The notes: a model not told the origin generated them from the sequence alone. Positions 1 to 9,395 are shown, numbered from the stretch's first letter. The stretch is 64,000 nt of DNA from an uncultured Porphyromonas sp. (GCF_902489635.1 NZ_CABUAN010000006.1:16682-80681); one strand, 5' to 3'. Translations and numbers: made by a program.

Positions 1-1297
1 CGATGTGGCGACCAGCGGTCGGCACTACGGGCGCAATGGCATTAGGCGTAGCCGGCAGGTGATTATCAAACCAGTCTACATTCCGCCGAAGAGCAGTCGT
101 GAGCTCCTCCGCTGCGCTGTGCAGAGGCTTGAAATCGCCCTTAGACCAGCGCTGCTTGTCCCGCGCATAAGCCTCCTCATAAGGGGCAAAGCAACTCTCC
201 AAGTAGCGCATCCACTCATCAGAAAGCACGGGGTGCACCTCTTTCCACACCCTGCAGACGGCTGAGCTAAAGTCTTCGTCCTTGAGTAGCTCCCCGATCC
301 AGTGAGGCGCAAAGGCGTAGTGCACCTTCATCCTAAAGGTGTAGTCCGTCTTCTCCCGATTCATACAGGTGAGGTCCCAGATAGGGCCTGCCACCCACTT
401 GCTCCCCTCGCCCTGATCTTTGTGTAGGTAAAAGCTCCCGTGGAAGCCATCGGGATTGTCCATCACCTCCTGAATGATGAAAAAGCGAGCCATCGCATCT
501 ACATCGACACGATCCTTCCAGCGGCTAGTCGCTTTGTTCGGAGCATAGATATCATCGTTGAGTCCCTTAAACTCATCAGTCAGCCAATCCCGCTGTGCCG
601 TCGAGAGCACCTTCGGTGAGTGGTAAGTGATGTTGATGATCCAGCGGTCATTCTCTCTAAAGCTAATTTGGTTCTGCTCCTTATAGTTGTCCACCTCTAC
701 CAGCCAGCCCCCAGGGATGGTCGCTGCATCCTCGTTATTGTCCGGCTGCTCATAGATGTTGACACGATTCTTCCCGATCCGTATCGTCTCCGTCAGCAAG
801 TAGAGACCAATATAGTCACCATTGAGCACCACCTCGATCGGCTTTGTGGAGGGCGTCCACGCCATCCCCATCAGCTCGCCAAGCTTCATGCCCGCCATCG
901 TCGGAGGCCAAAAATTCAGGAGTGCCCAGTGCTTATTCTTCGGCATACCCATGAGAGAGAGCTTATCGTCCAGCTTGAGCTTATAGGGCTTCTTGTCCCC
1001 CTTCCACGAGGAGTGGCCTCTGCCACGAATGTTCATTCCTAAAGGCTCTGCGGCAGTTCCTAGATTCACCTTCCCTGCGGGGTCGGAGATGTAAAACGTA
1101 GCTCGCTTATACTCTTTCTTCGTGATGATAGGCTTGCCATCGGCCGTAGTGATATACATGATAGGGATAGTCTGTGACGGCTCTACCACAGCATCGGAGG
1201 GTAGCTCCGCATCACTCTGCCCCCGACAGGGCAGCAGCGCCGTAAGCATCACGCCCAGCGTCAGCAGGACCACTGTACCAATCGAATTATGTCTCAT
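1..1297 (-). CDS. CotH kinase family secreted protein (3' end runs off the window)
   Basis: Not in the ORF track because its stop is outside the window. Hand translation from ATG 1297 gives a signal peptide MRHNSIGTVVLLTLGVMLTALLPCRG, then IRGRGHSSWKGDKKPYKLKLDDKLSLMGMPKNKHWALL and KWVAGPIWDL, which are CotH motifs. Spot checks near both ends are in the same open frame. Confidence 0.8.
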   Translation of the reverse strand, partial: MRHNSIGTVVLLTLGVMLTALLPCRGQSDAELPSDAVVEPSQTIPIMYITTADGKPIITKKEYKRATFYISDPAGKVNLGTAAEPLGMNIRGRGHSSWKGDKKPYKLKLDDKLSLMGMPKNKHWALLNFWPPTMAGMKLGELMGMAWTPSTKPIEVVLNGDYIGLYLLTETIRIGKNRVNIYEQPDNNEDAATIPGGWLVEVDNYKEQNQISFRENDRWIINITYHSPKVLSTAQRDWLTDEFKGLNDDIYAPNKATSRWKDRVDVDAMARFFIIQEVMDNPDGFHGSFYLHKDQGEGSKWVAGPIWDLTCMNREKTDYTFRMKVHYAFAPHWIGELLKDEDFSSAVCRVWKEVHPVLSDEWMRYLESCFAPYEEAYARDKQRWSKGDFKPLHSAAEELTTALRRNVDWFDNHLPATPNAIAPVVPTAGRHI

Positions 1298-1334
1298 AGC
1301 TTGATAACTTATAGTTGACTGTGAAGAGGGGCAC

Positions 1335-2741
1335 TTAAGAGAACCACGACTCTACCTTGCGAAACGCTAGGTAGAAGGCATCTAGCGTGAAGGTGCAAAA
1401 CAGCGCAATCGGCACAAAGCAAAAGAGGTATCTCTTCGCAGAGTAAGCAATCACGTTGTCTATCGAATCCCAAGAGTAGTTGATATGATAGAGTAGCAGA
1501 CCGTACAGTAGCAAAGGCAATACGAAGGCCATAGCCACTTGCCCTAGACGCCCCCAGTGCTTACGCTTTATCATGATCGGTAGACTGGCGAGCAGCGATA
1601 TCAGCAACAACAAGAAGCTCCAGCCGTAGAGCTGCGTATTGGTCAGATGCCCCCACAAGCCCTTGGCGATCAGATTGGCTTTGTCGCCATCCCGTAGGAG
1701 TGAGGTGATGACAATACTCTCTGAGGTCATGCCTGTCCACTTTTGATGCAGGAACCAGCAGCACATGGGGAGGAGTATGATCATCCCCCACCCTATGAGG
1801 TGCCACCACTTCAGTCGCTTGACAAAAACTGGGTATAACAAGTAAAGCCCCATCGCCATCGGAAATACAATCCCGTCATACCGAGTCAAGATACTACCCA
1901 AGAGTAGCAAGCCACTCACCCAGAGGAGTCCGTAGTCAGTGGTCGGCTTTTCGCGAGAGCAACTTTTCAGGGCGTAGATCACACCGAGCGAAGCATAGAT
2001 TGCATGGATCACATTTGTTGCCGAGAGGGACGAGAAGGCTATCATCTCTGGCGTGATAAGGACGAAAAAGGTTGCGATGATAGCACCCGTACTCCCCACC
2101 ACATCTCGTAGCACACCGTAAAACGAGATCAAGAAAAAGAGAAAGAATAGCCCAGGGATCAGCTTTGATGTCTCAGCCCCCAGCACATAGACTATGCTGT
2201 AAGAGAGCTGTACCAGCGGAGCGTAGGTGATGTAGCTACCAGCATTGTGGATCAGCGGATTCTCATCAGGACTAAAGACCGAGAGGCCATACATCGTGTG
2301 CTCTTGCGCAATGAGGTAGCCCAAAGAGTCAAAGCCAGCAAGGCTATCTCTATCAAAGGTGGGGAAGAACATACATTTCCTAAAATTCATCACCTCGATA
2401 ACCACCACAAGGACGAAGAAGATAAGCCACACAATGTTGATCCTGCCCAACCACCCCTTCAGCGTAGCCCACGAAGGCAAGCTGGCGGTGAGCCTTTTGC
2501 TCTTATATAGGAGCAGTAAGCCCGCCACCAGCACAAGGAGCAGACCCACGACGACCCATACGAGCGAGAGCCTCTGACGCAGTAGATCTTGTAGCATCAT
2601 GAGCCCGACGGCAAGCAACATGCCGACGGGAAATGAGAGCCCGACTAGTTCGACACGACTGAGCGAACCTCTCCCTACCACACTCAAGAGAGTCACTCCA
2701 GACATGCACAGCAATATGACGAATAGTATAATGGATAGCAT
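1335..2741 (-). CDS. Polytopic membrane protein, probable GT-C (PMT/ArnT-like) glycosyltransferase
   Basis: 468 aa with many hydrophobic helices, an acidic DRDS loop after the N-terminal helices, YAPL, TRYDG and a C-terminal KRY motif; co-oriented downstream of a GT2. Confidence 0.6.
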   Translation of the reverse strand: MLSIILFVILLCMSGVTLLSVVGRGSLSRVELVGLSFPVGMLLAVGLMMLQDLLRQRLSLVWVVVGLLLVLVAGLLLLYKSKRLTASLPSWATLKGWLGRINIVWLIFFVLVVVIEVMNFRKCMFFPTFDRDSLAGFDSLGYLIAQEHTMYGLSVFSPDENPLIHNAGSYITYAPLVQLSYSIVYVLGAETSKLIPGLFFLFFLISFYGVLRDVVGSTGAIIATFFVLITPEMIAFSSLSATNVIHAIYASLGVIYALKSCSREKPTTDYGLLWVSGLLLLGSILTRYDGIVFPMAMGLYLLYPVFVKRLKWWHLIGWGMIILLPMCCWFLHQKWTGMTSESIVITSLLRDGDKANLIAKGLWGHLTNTQLYGWSFLLLLISLLASLPIMIKRKHWGRLGQVAMAFVLPLLLYGLLLYHINYSWDSIDNVIAYSAKRYLFCFVPIALFCTFTLDAFYLAFRKVESWFS

Positions 2742-2753
2742 AGCACAAGGAGG

Positions 2754-3236
2754 TTATTGGATAGAGTCGTTTGTTAGAGGCACAATCGCAACTTCGATGG
2801 ATGGCGGAAGCGCACCAGTCGGGAACATCTCACGTCCCCCATCACCCACGATCAAGACATGCGTTGGCACCCGATGATTGATCTGATACTCTTCACGGGT
2901 CACTACTTGCCGTGGATAGAGGAAGCGCATCGCCCAGAGCTTATTCCACGGCTCTCCGGCTATTTCCTCTTGCTGAAAGTACTTAGCCGCAGGAATATAG
3001 ATGATCGCATCCTCAGGGGTCTTGTCACGCACATACTTGTACACAGCGTAACCGTTGCCAAGCTTCATCTGGTAGCGATCGCTCAGCGAGGACTCTTTGT
3101 ACTCGCTTGCCACCTTCCAGTTGCGTCGTAGCATAGACCAGACGAACTGATACCCCTTCTGCTCAAAAGTGTAGGAGATCAGTAGCACCGCAATACACCC
3201 TCCGAGAAGGTTACAAAGGACCTTACTTACTTTCAT
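2754..3236 (-). CDS. Hypothetical membrane-anchored protein
   Basis: Start taken at ATG 3236 (MKVSKV) overlapping the GT2 stop; one N-terminal hydrophobic helix; YVRDKTPEDA..FLYPRQV segment. Confidence 0.6.
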   Translation of the reverse strand: MKVSKVLCNLLGGCIAVLLISYTFEQKGYQFVWSMLRRNWKVASEYKESSLSDRYQMKLGNGYAVYKYVRDKTPEDAIIYIPAAKYFQQEEIAGEPWNKLWAMRFLYPRQVVTREEYQINHRVPTHVLIVGDGGREMFPTGALPPSIEVAIVPLTNDSIQ

Positions 3237-3969
3237 GAGACTTCTTCTTAAATCGATATTTAAGTAGCGTAGAGATGGCCGTAATGCCATCGCGCCAAGA
3301 GATCTTCTTCCCCTCATCCACCGACCTCGGGAAGTAAGATATAGGGATCTCCTCAATCTTTATTCCTCGCAAAGCTGCCTTTGCGGTCACTTCGGGACAG
3401 AACTCAAAGCCCTCACACTCCAGATCGAACGACACTAGCAGCTCCCTTTTGAAAAGCTTATAGCAAGTCGGTTCGTCCGTAAGACGCTGCCCGTATAGCA
3501 GGTTGGTAACCTTCGTGACGAGTTGTCCCCCAAGGTAGAAAGAGGTCGGGAAGCGCCCCTTGCGATGCAACACAGAGTATAAGTAGCGACTCCCGTACAG
3601 GACGGGCAAGTCTGACTCCCTAGCATAGCTCAGCATCTTGAAGATGTCATTGGGGTCATACTCCAGATCCGCATCGTGGATGATGACATATTCCCCCGCA
3701 CACAGGGGCAAGCCCTGTCGTATGGCATACCCCTTCCCTCGATTGACCTCATAGCGGAGTACCTGGTAGTTGCCATCGGCAAACTTGGACTTCAGGACTT
3801 CATTCGCGATCGCTGTGGTATCATCAACTGATCCGTCATCAACGACAATCAGCTGACAGTTTTGCTGGGACGCTCGTATGGCTTCGATACATCTCTCTAG
3901 AGACAAGCCGATAGTCCCAGCTTCATTATAAGCTGGGACTATTATAGAGAGAGAGTCTATGCTCTGCAT
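3223..3969 (-). CDS. Family 2 glycosyltransferase (DPM/DPG synthase-like)
   Basis: SIIVPAYNE, VVDDGSVD, NRGKG, IHDADLEYDP, GSR motifs; start at ATG 3969 preferred. Confidence 0.9.
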   Translation of the reverse strand: MQSIDSLSIIVPAYNEAGTIGLSLERCIEAIRASQQNCQLIVVDDGSVDDTTAIANEVLKSKFADGNYQVLRYEVNRGKGYAIRQGLPLCAGEYVIIHDADLEYDPNDIFKMLSYARESDLPVLYGSRYLYSVLHRKGRFPTSFYLGGQLVTKVTNLLYGQRLTDEPTCYKLFKRELLVSFDLECEGFEFCPEVTAKAALRGIKIEEIPISYFPRSVDEGKKISWRDGITAISTLLKYRFKKKSHESK

Positions 3970-4061
3970 AAGTATATTAGAATAATGTATTAGTCGCTTC
4001 CTATTGTGGGAGCTAAGATACAAATAATAACTCTATCCACCAATGATTTGACTTAGGCTCG

Positions 4062-4154
4062 CAGGGCTGACGCATTATAATCGCTCAGGAGCTACACATG
4101 AGCGACAAGCAAGGCTTAGATAAGTTCCCTATATACAATAATGTGTCACCCCTG
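4062..4154. mobile_element. 93-bp MITE with CAGGGCTGACGCATTAT inverted ends (ISAs1-like)
   Basis: Left end cagggctgacgcattat, right end ataatgtgtcacccctg (15/17 match); related copies at 4535-4625 and 28720-28812. Confidence 0.65.
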
Positions 4155-4165
4155 CCTTCAGCCTT

Positions 4166-4235
4166 CTAATATCTAATCTCTAACTTCTAACCTCTAACTT
4201 CTAATCTCTAACTTCTAATCTCTAACCTCTAACCT
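4166..4235 (+). repeat. Heptamer tandem repeat, 10 x CTAAYYT-like units
   Basis: ctaatat ctaatct ctaactt ctaacct ctaactt ctaatct ctaactt ctaatct ctaacct ctaacct. Confidence 0.95.
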
Positions 4236-4239
4236 CTAT

Positions 4240-4533
4240 TTACATATCTTTACGGGGAAATTTGTCCGATTTCCTCCTTTCTCGAATATCCACGTGGACA
4301 TTTTTTATTTTCCACGTGGACGTCAAAAAATTCCTCCGAAGTTTCATTTCATTCTTCCGAAGTTTCATTTCATTCTTCCGAAGTTTTATTTCGCGCCCAC
4401 GTGAAGAATTTTCCTTTTCCACGTGGGTATTTCAAAATATCCACGTGGAAATCCATTTTCCCCGACACAGCCCCGTTTCGAGATGTAGCCAGTTCTAAAT
4501 TATTGTAGTAACCCAGCGTTGAGTTTCCCCAGC
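4240..4533 (+). repeat. CCACGTGG/21-bp dispersed repeat element, copy 1
   Basis: CCACGTGG-like octamers at 4290, 4312, 4397, 4419, 4441; 21-bp units starting ccgaag at 4336, 4357, 4378; matches the copies at 15161, 28425 and 47641. Confidence 0.9.
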
Positions 4534-4534
4534 C

Positions 4535-4625
4535 CATGTCGACGCCTCATAATCGCTCCGTCAGGAGCTACACATGACAACAAGCGAGGCGTAGACGAGG
4601 GCATTATAATAATGCATCAGCCCTG
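4535..4625. mobile_element. Degenerate copy of the CAGGG-ended MITE
   Basis: Shares ataatcgctc..aggagctacacatga..gacaagc with 4062-4154; right end ataatgcatcagccctg; left end decayed. Confidence 0.6.
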
Positions 4626-4656
4626 TCGCTACATCGGGCTAGTCGTAAGATTTGCA

Positions 4657-4740
4657 GATAAAACGAAGTAGACCTGCAAGGAGTCTACAGCGATGTAGTG
4701 CTCCCTGCGGGACTGCTATATCTGTATTTGGGCGAAGCTA
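4657..4740 (-). repeat. 84-bp hairpin-containing repeat (second copy at 13399-13482)
   Basis: The reverse complement aligns colinearly with 13399-13482 with scattered mismatches. Confidence 0.85.
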
Positions 4741-4927
4741 CTGCTCTGCAGCGACCCAAGCGACACCGATCGTCTCGACGCCCGCTAGGATTGCCTGCCC
4801 CGTTGCTAGCCTTAGCTCGATAGTGTAGAGTCCTAGGTGAATCTACGGGGGGCGAGGGGACCAGAGCCTTCGTAGAGCTACGATCCGAGCATAAGTGGAG
4901 CGTGCTAGGAGGCTCTAGTCGACTATA

Positions 4928-6535
4928 TCATCGTACGATGATCCATTCGCTATGCTCCTCAGCGATCACAAGGTACTTACCAGATGGATAAGTAGACAGA
5001 TCTATCTCGCCTTGTCCTAGGCCATCAGTCTGAATGGTTGCCATACGCTTACCCTCTTGCGTATAGATAGAGATGTCGCTGTAAGGCTTGAGACCATATA
5101 CTCTGGCTAGGTCTCTAGCAGGATTAGGCGTGATCGTGAGCTCCTGTCTCTTAGTCGGATCAGCTATACTATTAACACTGCGGAATGTGATGGTGATCTC
5201 TACATCCTTGGTGACTAGGTAGACTTTGTCTTGCGTTATGTCTTGATCTCCGACCTTGATACTCTCTAGCTCATAGCCTTCGCTAGGTGTCGCCTCGACT
5301 TTTATCTCGGTAGCAAAGGGGATCCGCCCAGGGTCAGTCACGTCTAGAACTTTTGCTGTGCCGCCCTCTCCGACAGATAGTGTCACGTGGAGGAATGTCG
5401 TATCGCTCCCCTCGTATGGGATGAGGTCCTTAGTCTCAGGATTGAAGTCGTAGACAGTCCATCCCTTGGCGATTGCCTCTGCGACTTGAGCTTTGAGGAT
5501 TACGTTTTGCTCTTTGTCGCTATGTGTATTGACTGCAACCAGCTTGGCTCCCTCTTTTTGTAGCAAAGATGTCACGAGAGCCTGCATATCGTTGGGGTAG
5601 ATGCGGTTCTCTATGCACCAGATACTTTTCAACTCGGGATTGTGCGACAGATCCATCGTCTTTATCGAGTTATGCTCTACAGACATCACCTGTAACTTAG
5701 GACAGTGTGACACATCGATCTCTTGTAGCTGGTTACTCTCAGCGGCTAGCACGGTGAGCTGCTCGAGCTTAGAAAGGTCTAGCGCGGAGAGCTGGTTGTT
5801 GTAGCAGTCTAGTCGTACGAGCTTGGTCTGTGCAGAGAGGTCTATATCCGTAAGCTTGTTGTTGGCTACGAGTAGCCAGGTGATAGCTACGTTTTTGGCT
5901 AGGTCTAGGTGCTCTATATTATTAGTCCCCAGGTCTACAACCTTTACGTTGGGGCATCCACTCAGATCGATGGTCGTCAGCTGATTATTGGCAGCCTTGA
6001 GCATTGTAAAAGAGGGGTGACTCTCTCCGAGCTTGAAGCTCTGGAGCTGGTTGTCAAAGCAATAAACCTCGTATAGGCTCTTGCATTTAGATAGATCCAG
6101 CTGCTGTAGCTTGTTTTGCTGGCAGTAGAGTGCCGATAGGTTTATATTGTCTCCTATATTCAGCTCTGTGAGCTGATTGCCTGAGCAGTTGAGCGTTTGT
6201 AGACATGAGATGCCAGATAGATCTATTGCGGTGAGCTTGATCTCTTGGCACACCAGATCGGTTATCTCCCCCATAAGCTTGATGGTCGGCGAGGTCACCG
6301 TGTACTGATTGCCTGCGAAGGTTGATTTACCCGTGGGGGTGAGCCCCTCGATAATCGGGTCCTCCCAATCATCTGTCTCGAAGGAGAGCCAAATGGTGTC
6401 TCCGACAGAAGTCTCTGTGGTGAGCACGATCGTTGGGGTGATGGTCTGTGTGTTATCGCCAGGAGTCTGAGCAGTAGCCAAGAGTGGCCATGTCAGGAGC
6501 AAGGCACAGAGTAATGTTTTTGTAGCTGTTTTCAT
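4928..6535 (-). CDS. Leucine-rich-repeat surface protein with probable T9SS C-terminal sorting domain
   Basis: Signal peptide; about 10 LxxLxCxxNxLxxLDLS repeats; Ig-like/InlB-B-like domain; C-terminal ITPNPARD...DLSTYPSGKYLV. Confidence 0.85.
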   Translation of the reverse strand: MKTATKTLLCALLLTWPLLATAQTPGDNTQTITPTIVLTTETSVGDTIWLSFETDDWEDPIIEGLTPTGKSTFAGNQYTVTSPTIKLMGEITDLVCQEIKLTAIDLSGISCLQTLNCSGNQLTELNIGDNINLSALYCQQNKLQQLDLSKCKSLYEVYCFDNQLQSFKLGESHPSFTMLKAANNQLTTIDLSGCPNVKVVDLGTNNIEHLDLAKNVAITWLLVANNKLTDIDLSAQTKLVRLDCYNNQLSALDLSKLEQLTVLAAESNQLQEIDVSHCPKLQVMSVEHNSIKTMDLSHNPELKSIWCIENRIYPNDMQALVTSLLQKEGAKLVAVNTHSDKEQNVILKAQVAEAIAKGWTVYDFNPETKDLIPYEGSDTTFLHVTLSVGEGGTAKVLDVTDPGRIPFATEIKVEATPSEGYELESIKVGDQDITQDKVYLVTKDVEITITFRSVNSIADPTKRQELTITPNPARDLARVYGLKPYSDISIYTQEGKRMATIQTDGLGQGEIDLSTYPSGKYLVIAEEHSEWIIVR

Positions 6536-6624
6536 GACTTATATCTGTTTTAAGTTGGTGTTATTGGTAGCTTACCCGTTGATAAGAATCAGTGAATGAG
6601 GGAATAACTCGGACTATTCACAGG

Positions 6625-6632
6625 CAAATATA
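6625..6632 (-). promoter_or_regulatory. Bacteroidetes -7 promoter box (TATATTTG) for the LRR gene
   Basis: caaatata on + strand, about 90 nt upstream of ATG 6535; fits TAnnTTTG. Confidence 0.55.
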
Positions 6633-6696
6633 CGTAATTGGATGGTACTATGCTACAAGCACTTATCGAACAAGTCTCACCATGCGGGCGCAGGAG

Positions 6697-6871
6697 GAGA
6701 CTGTTGCAAAAGTCAACAGTCTCACAATCTTGCTTGCAAGATTGTCCTGACTTTGCATAAAGGATGAAGCGCAAGGCGCTGAGGGTGAGGTCTGAAACTC
6801 ACATACCTCCGTATGTGACCGAAGCCGAATCCCGAAAGCAACACAGCGATTCGCCTTTATGCAACAGTCTC
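6697..6871. mobile_element. MITE-like element with GAGACTGTTGCA inverted ends (IS5-like)
   Basis: gagactgttgcaaaag at 6697 and ctttatgcaacagtctc ending at 6871; internal hairpins; no credible ORF. Confidence 0.55.
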
Positions 6872-6915
6872 AAGAGTGGTAGTGTGGTTGCGATCGTGTG
6901 GCGGATCTGGATAAA

Positions 6916-6954
6916 AAAGGAGGCTCGACCGCTGGATAGTGCGATTGAGCCTCC
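6916..6954 (-). terminator. Intrinsic terminator after the beta-barrel gene
   Basis: ggaggctc...gagcctcc stem preceded by an A run (U tail on the minus strand). Confidence 0.65.
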
Positions 6955-7003
6955 TAGTTATACCGTCTGCTGACTCGAGTCAGAGAGCGATCTCTCTAGC
7001 GCG

Positions 7004-7513
7004 CTAGAAGTTGACCGAAAAGCCCATGTCCAGGCCTATGCGATGAATCAAGCTGGACCCTGAGTAGATGCCCATCTTGTAGTCAACGCCAGACCGCCAT
7101 GCCACACGTGGGGTGATGTCGCAAGAGAGACCAGCACCGACACCGACGGCACCGCCGACGAAGTTGTGGCCTGAGAAGTGAATCATCTGGAGGCCTCCGA
7201 AGGCATCCAAAAAGAAGTTCAAGTTATTTTGGGAGGGGAAGTAGTAAGCAATCTGCGGCCCTAGTCCGAGGCCCCCTAGTTCACCTGTACCCTCGTAGTG
7301 GATCGTAGCTCCTACGGAGAAGTTGTCCTTGACGAACCAACCTATAGCGGGGTTCACTAGTACGTTGAAGATGGCAATTCCTCCTTCACTGCCAACAGCT
7401 GAGAGGCTGAGCGTACCAGTGACCTCACGACGTCCCGCCGTCCTCTGCGCCTCTAGACTACAGACGCTCAGGAGGCTAACGATGAGCGCAATAAGCAATG
7501 TTTTCTGTTTCAT
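7004..7513 (-). CDS. Small outer-membrane beta-barrel protein
   Basis: Signal peptide, Gly/aromatic amphipathic strands, C-terminal GFSVNF; TATATTTG box at 7584-7591. Confidence 0.8.
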   Translation of the reverse strand: MKQKTLLIALIVSLLSVCSLEAQRTAGRREVTGTLSLSAVGSEGGIAIFNVLVNPAIGWFVKDNFSVGATIHYEGTGELGGLGLGPQIAYYFPSQNNLNFFLDAFGGLQMIHFSGHNFVGGAVGVGAGLSCDITPRVAWRSGVDYKMGIYSGSSLIHRIGLDMGFSVNF

Positions 7514-7754
7514 GTGACTTATGTTATGTGATTAGTAGCTGATTTCTTACGGGGCTCCTCACAGATCTTGCGAGGATGCACCACAAATATACAAAAAGTT
7601 AAAGAGAGACATCCTTTTCAGCAGAGATAAGTTTACGCATCTAAGTATTGCATTTTTCTTGATTTGTCTGTACATTTGCTTTCACGAAAGGGTCGGCATA
7701 CACTCTACTGATCTTAGACTTCAAAGAATACATACTAACCAAAGTAATATTTCT

Positions 7755-9113
7755 ATGAAACGAATTGCAGTCTTACTCTCTTGTGTTGCTCTACTGACGA
7801 TAGTCTCTAGTTGTAACAAGCCTGATCCAGCTCCCCAGCCTCAACCAGTCAACCCAACGAGCATCACCATCAGTCCTGCGATGGTCTCTCTCAGTGTGGG
7901 TGAGACCCAGCAACTGACGGCGGTTGTAGAGCCTACGGGTCACAACTTCTCCGTAACCTATAGCTCCGACAAAGCTGCGGTGGCAACCGTCGACAACAAC
8001 GGACTAGTCACGGCTGTCGCTGAGGGCGAAGCCGTGATTACTGCCACGATAGGGAACCTATCGGCTACTGCTAAGGTGACCGTCAAGGGAGCCTCCATTT
8101 CAGCCGAACAGGAATTGCCACTCCTGAAGTTTGATCCAAAGAAGGACGACTCTGAGAAAATCATCGATGATGAGATACTCGCCTACGAAGGGAAGTTAGG
8201 CCGTCAGCCTCAAGATATCAAATACTCTAGCAAAGTAACTGTCCCAGGCTTCGTCAATAAAGATTTGTCTGTCATTCCTGCGGTCGCTTATGGTATCGTG
8301 ATCGAAGAGACTGCTGATATTATCCTATGCTACAGCAAGGAGTCTGTTGAGAACGCTACAAAGACTCAAGAGATGCTTCGTAAGCTAGGCTTCACCAAGT
8401 TTGAGAAGGTCAACGTAAGAATCGACAGTGATGGCAATACCGTCCCTGGATTTCGCTCACGCAATGACCAAAACAAGGAGATCTCTCTCATAGCTAAGCA
8501 AGACTACTCGCACAAGGACGACTTTGATGCCAATATGTCTATAGAGATTCAGCGTCACTACCCGATCCCTACGGCGCATAAGATCCTCCGAGATGCTAAG
8601 GATATGCCCTCTATCGAAGCACTACTCACTAAAGATAGTAAGAAGATTGAGGAGTTTGAAAACACTCTAGGTCTCCGTGCGCTAGAGGAAAGTAAAGAAG
8701 GTAGTGTCAACCAGCGATTCAACACCAAGCCCGAATGTGTCAACAAGACCAACTTGGAGTGGGTGCTCTATGTACGCACTTCATTCTTCAGCGACCAGCT
8801 TTTCATCAATGCGCAGTCCAATGCAATAGAAGGATATACCGATCTCTATTCTGACGACTTCAAGAGTTATCTTGCTAGCATTGGTTTTGATAAGGATTAC
8901 CAAATCATCAAGGAGACAGTTCTTGCTAAGAATGCTCAGGGCGATATCTGTATGGGGTATATCGACCTTATGTTCAACTGCTGCTATATTCAGTTCGTTC
9001 CGAAGGAGACCTCACAAGAGTCTTACCACGGACCTCAGAGAGCATCACGTCGAGCTGTGCAGGGCTGTATGACGGCACTTGAGCGTCCCGTCACTTGTTT
9101 ACTAGACCGATAA
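7755..9113 (+). CDS. Lipoprotein with Ig-like (Big_2) domain
   Basis: MKRIAVLL..VSSC lipobox; SLSVGETQQLTA..SSDKAAVATVDNNGLVTAVAEGEAVITAT; TACATTTG box at 7671. Confidence 0.85.
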   Translation: MKRIAVLLSCVALLTIVSSCNKPDPAPQPQPVNPTSITISPAMVSLSVGETQQLTAVVEPTGHNFSVTYSSDKAAVATVDNNGLVTAVAEGEAVITATIGNLSATAKVTVKGASISAEQELPLLKFDPKKDDSEKIIDDEILAYEGKLGRQPQDIKYSSKVTVPGFVNKDLSVIPAVAYGIVIEETADIILCYSKESVENATKTQEMLRKLGFTKFEKVNVRIDSDGNTVPGFRSRNDQNKEISLIAKQDYSHKDDFDANMSIEIQRHYPIPTAHKILRDAKDMPSIEALLTKDSKKIEEFENTLGLRALEESKEGSVNQRFNTKPECVNKTNLEWVLYVRTSFFSDQLFINAQSNAIEGYTDLYSDDFKSYLASIGFDKDYQIIKETVLAKNAQGDICMGYIDLMFNCCYIQFVPKETSQESYHGPQRASRRAVQGCMTALERPVTCLLDR

Positions 9114-9151
9114 CTGGTAAGCACCACCCGACTAAGGGTCATAACAATCAG

Positions 9152-9191
9152 CAATGGTCACGGGGGAAATGTAATTTCCTCCGTGACTATT
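9152..9191 (+). terminator. Hairpin after the lipoprotein gene
   Basis: aatggtcacgggggaaat / atttcctccgtgactatt inverted repeat. Confidence 0.55.
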
Positions 9192-9395
9192 GTGTGTCAC
9201 CGCTTAGTATAAGTGCGTCACACCTCTTCGACTTCGTACATCTCACGAGTAGCGACAACTAGGGGTACACAATCTGTGCCTCTGCAAGAGGACTAGTCTT
9301 TTGTAGAGCTGCAGGTCAGCATTTTAATCGACTTCATAACGAGACCTGCCAGATTCAGCATCCGGCTGAGCAGTATGTGGTGTCGCATTATTTAG

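Noticed and set aside
620..1042. Plus-strand ORFs here and the many other short ORFs overlapping long genes
   Set aside because: Antisense or alternate-frame shadows of well-supported genes, with no recognisable motifs.
4240..4498. Short ORFs with KNEMKLR / SSEVSFD / PKFHLIP heptads (also 15114-15350, 28479-28667, 47650-47854)
   Set aside because: They are translations of the 21-bp DNA repeat. Frames and strands differ between copies, so conservation is at the DNA level.
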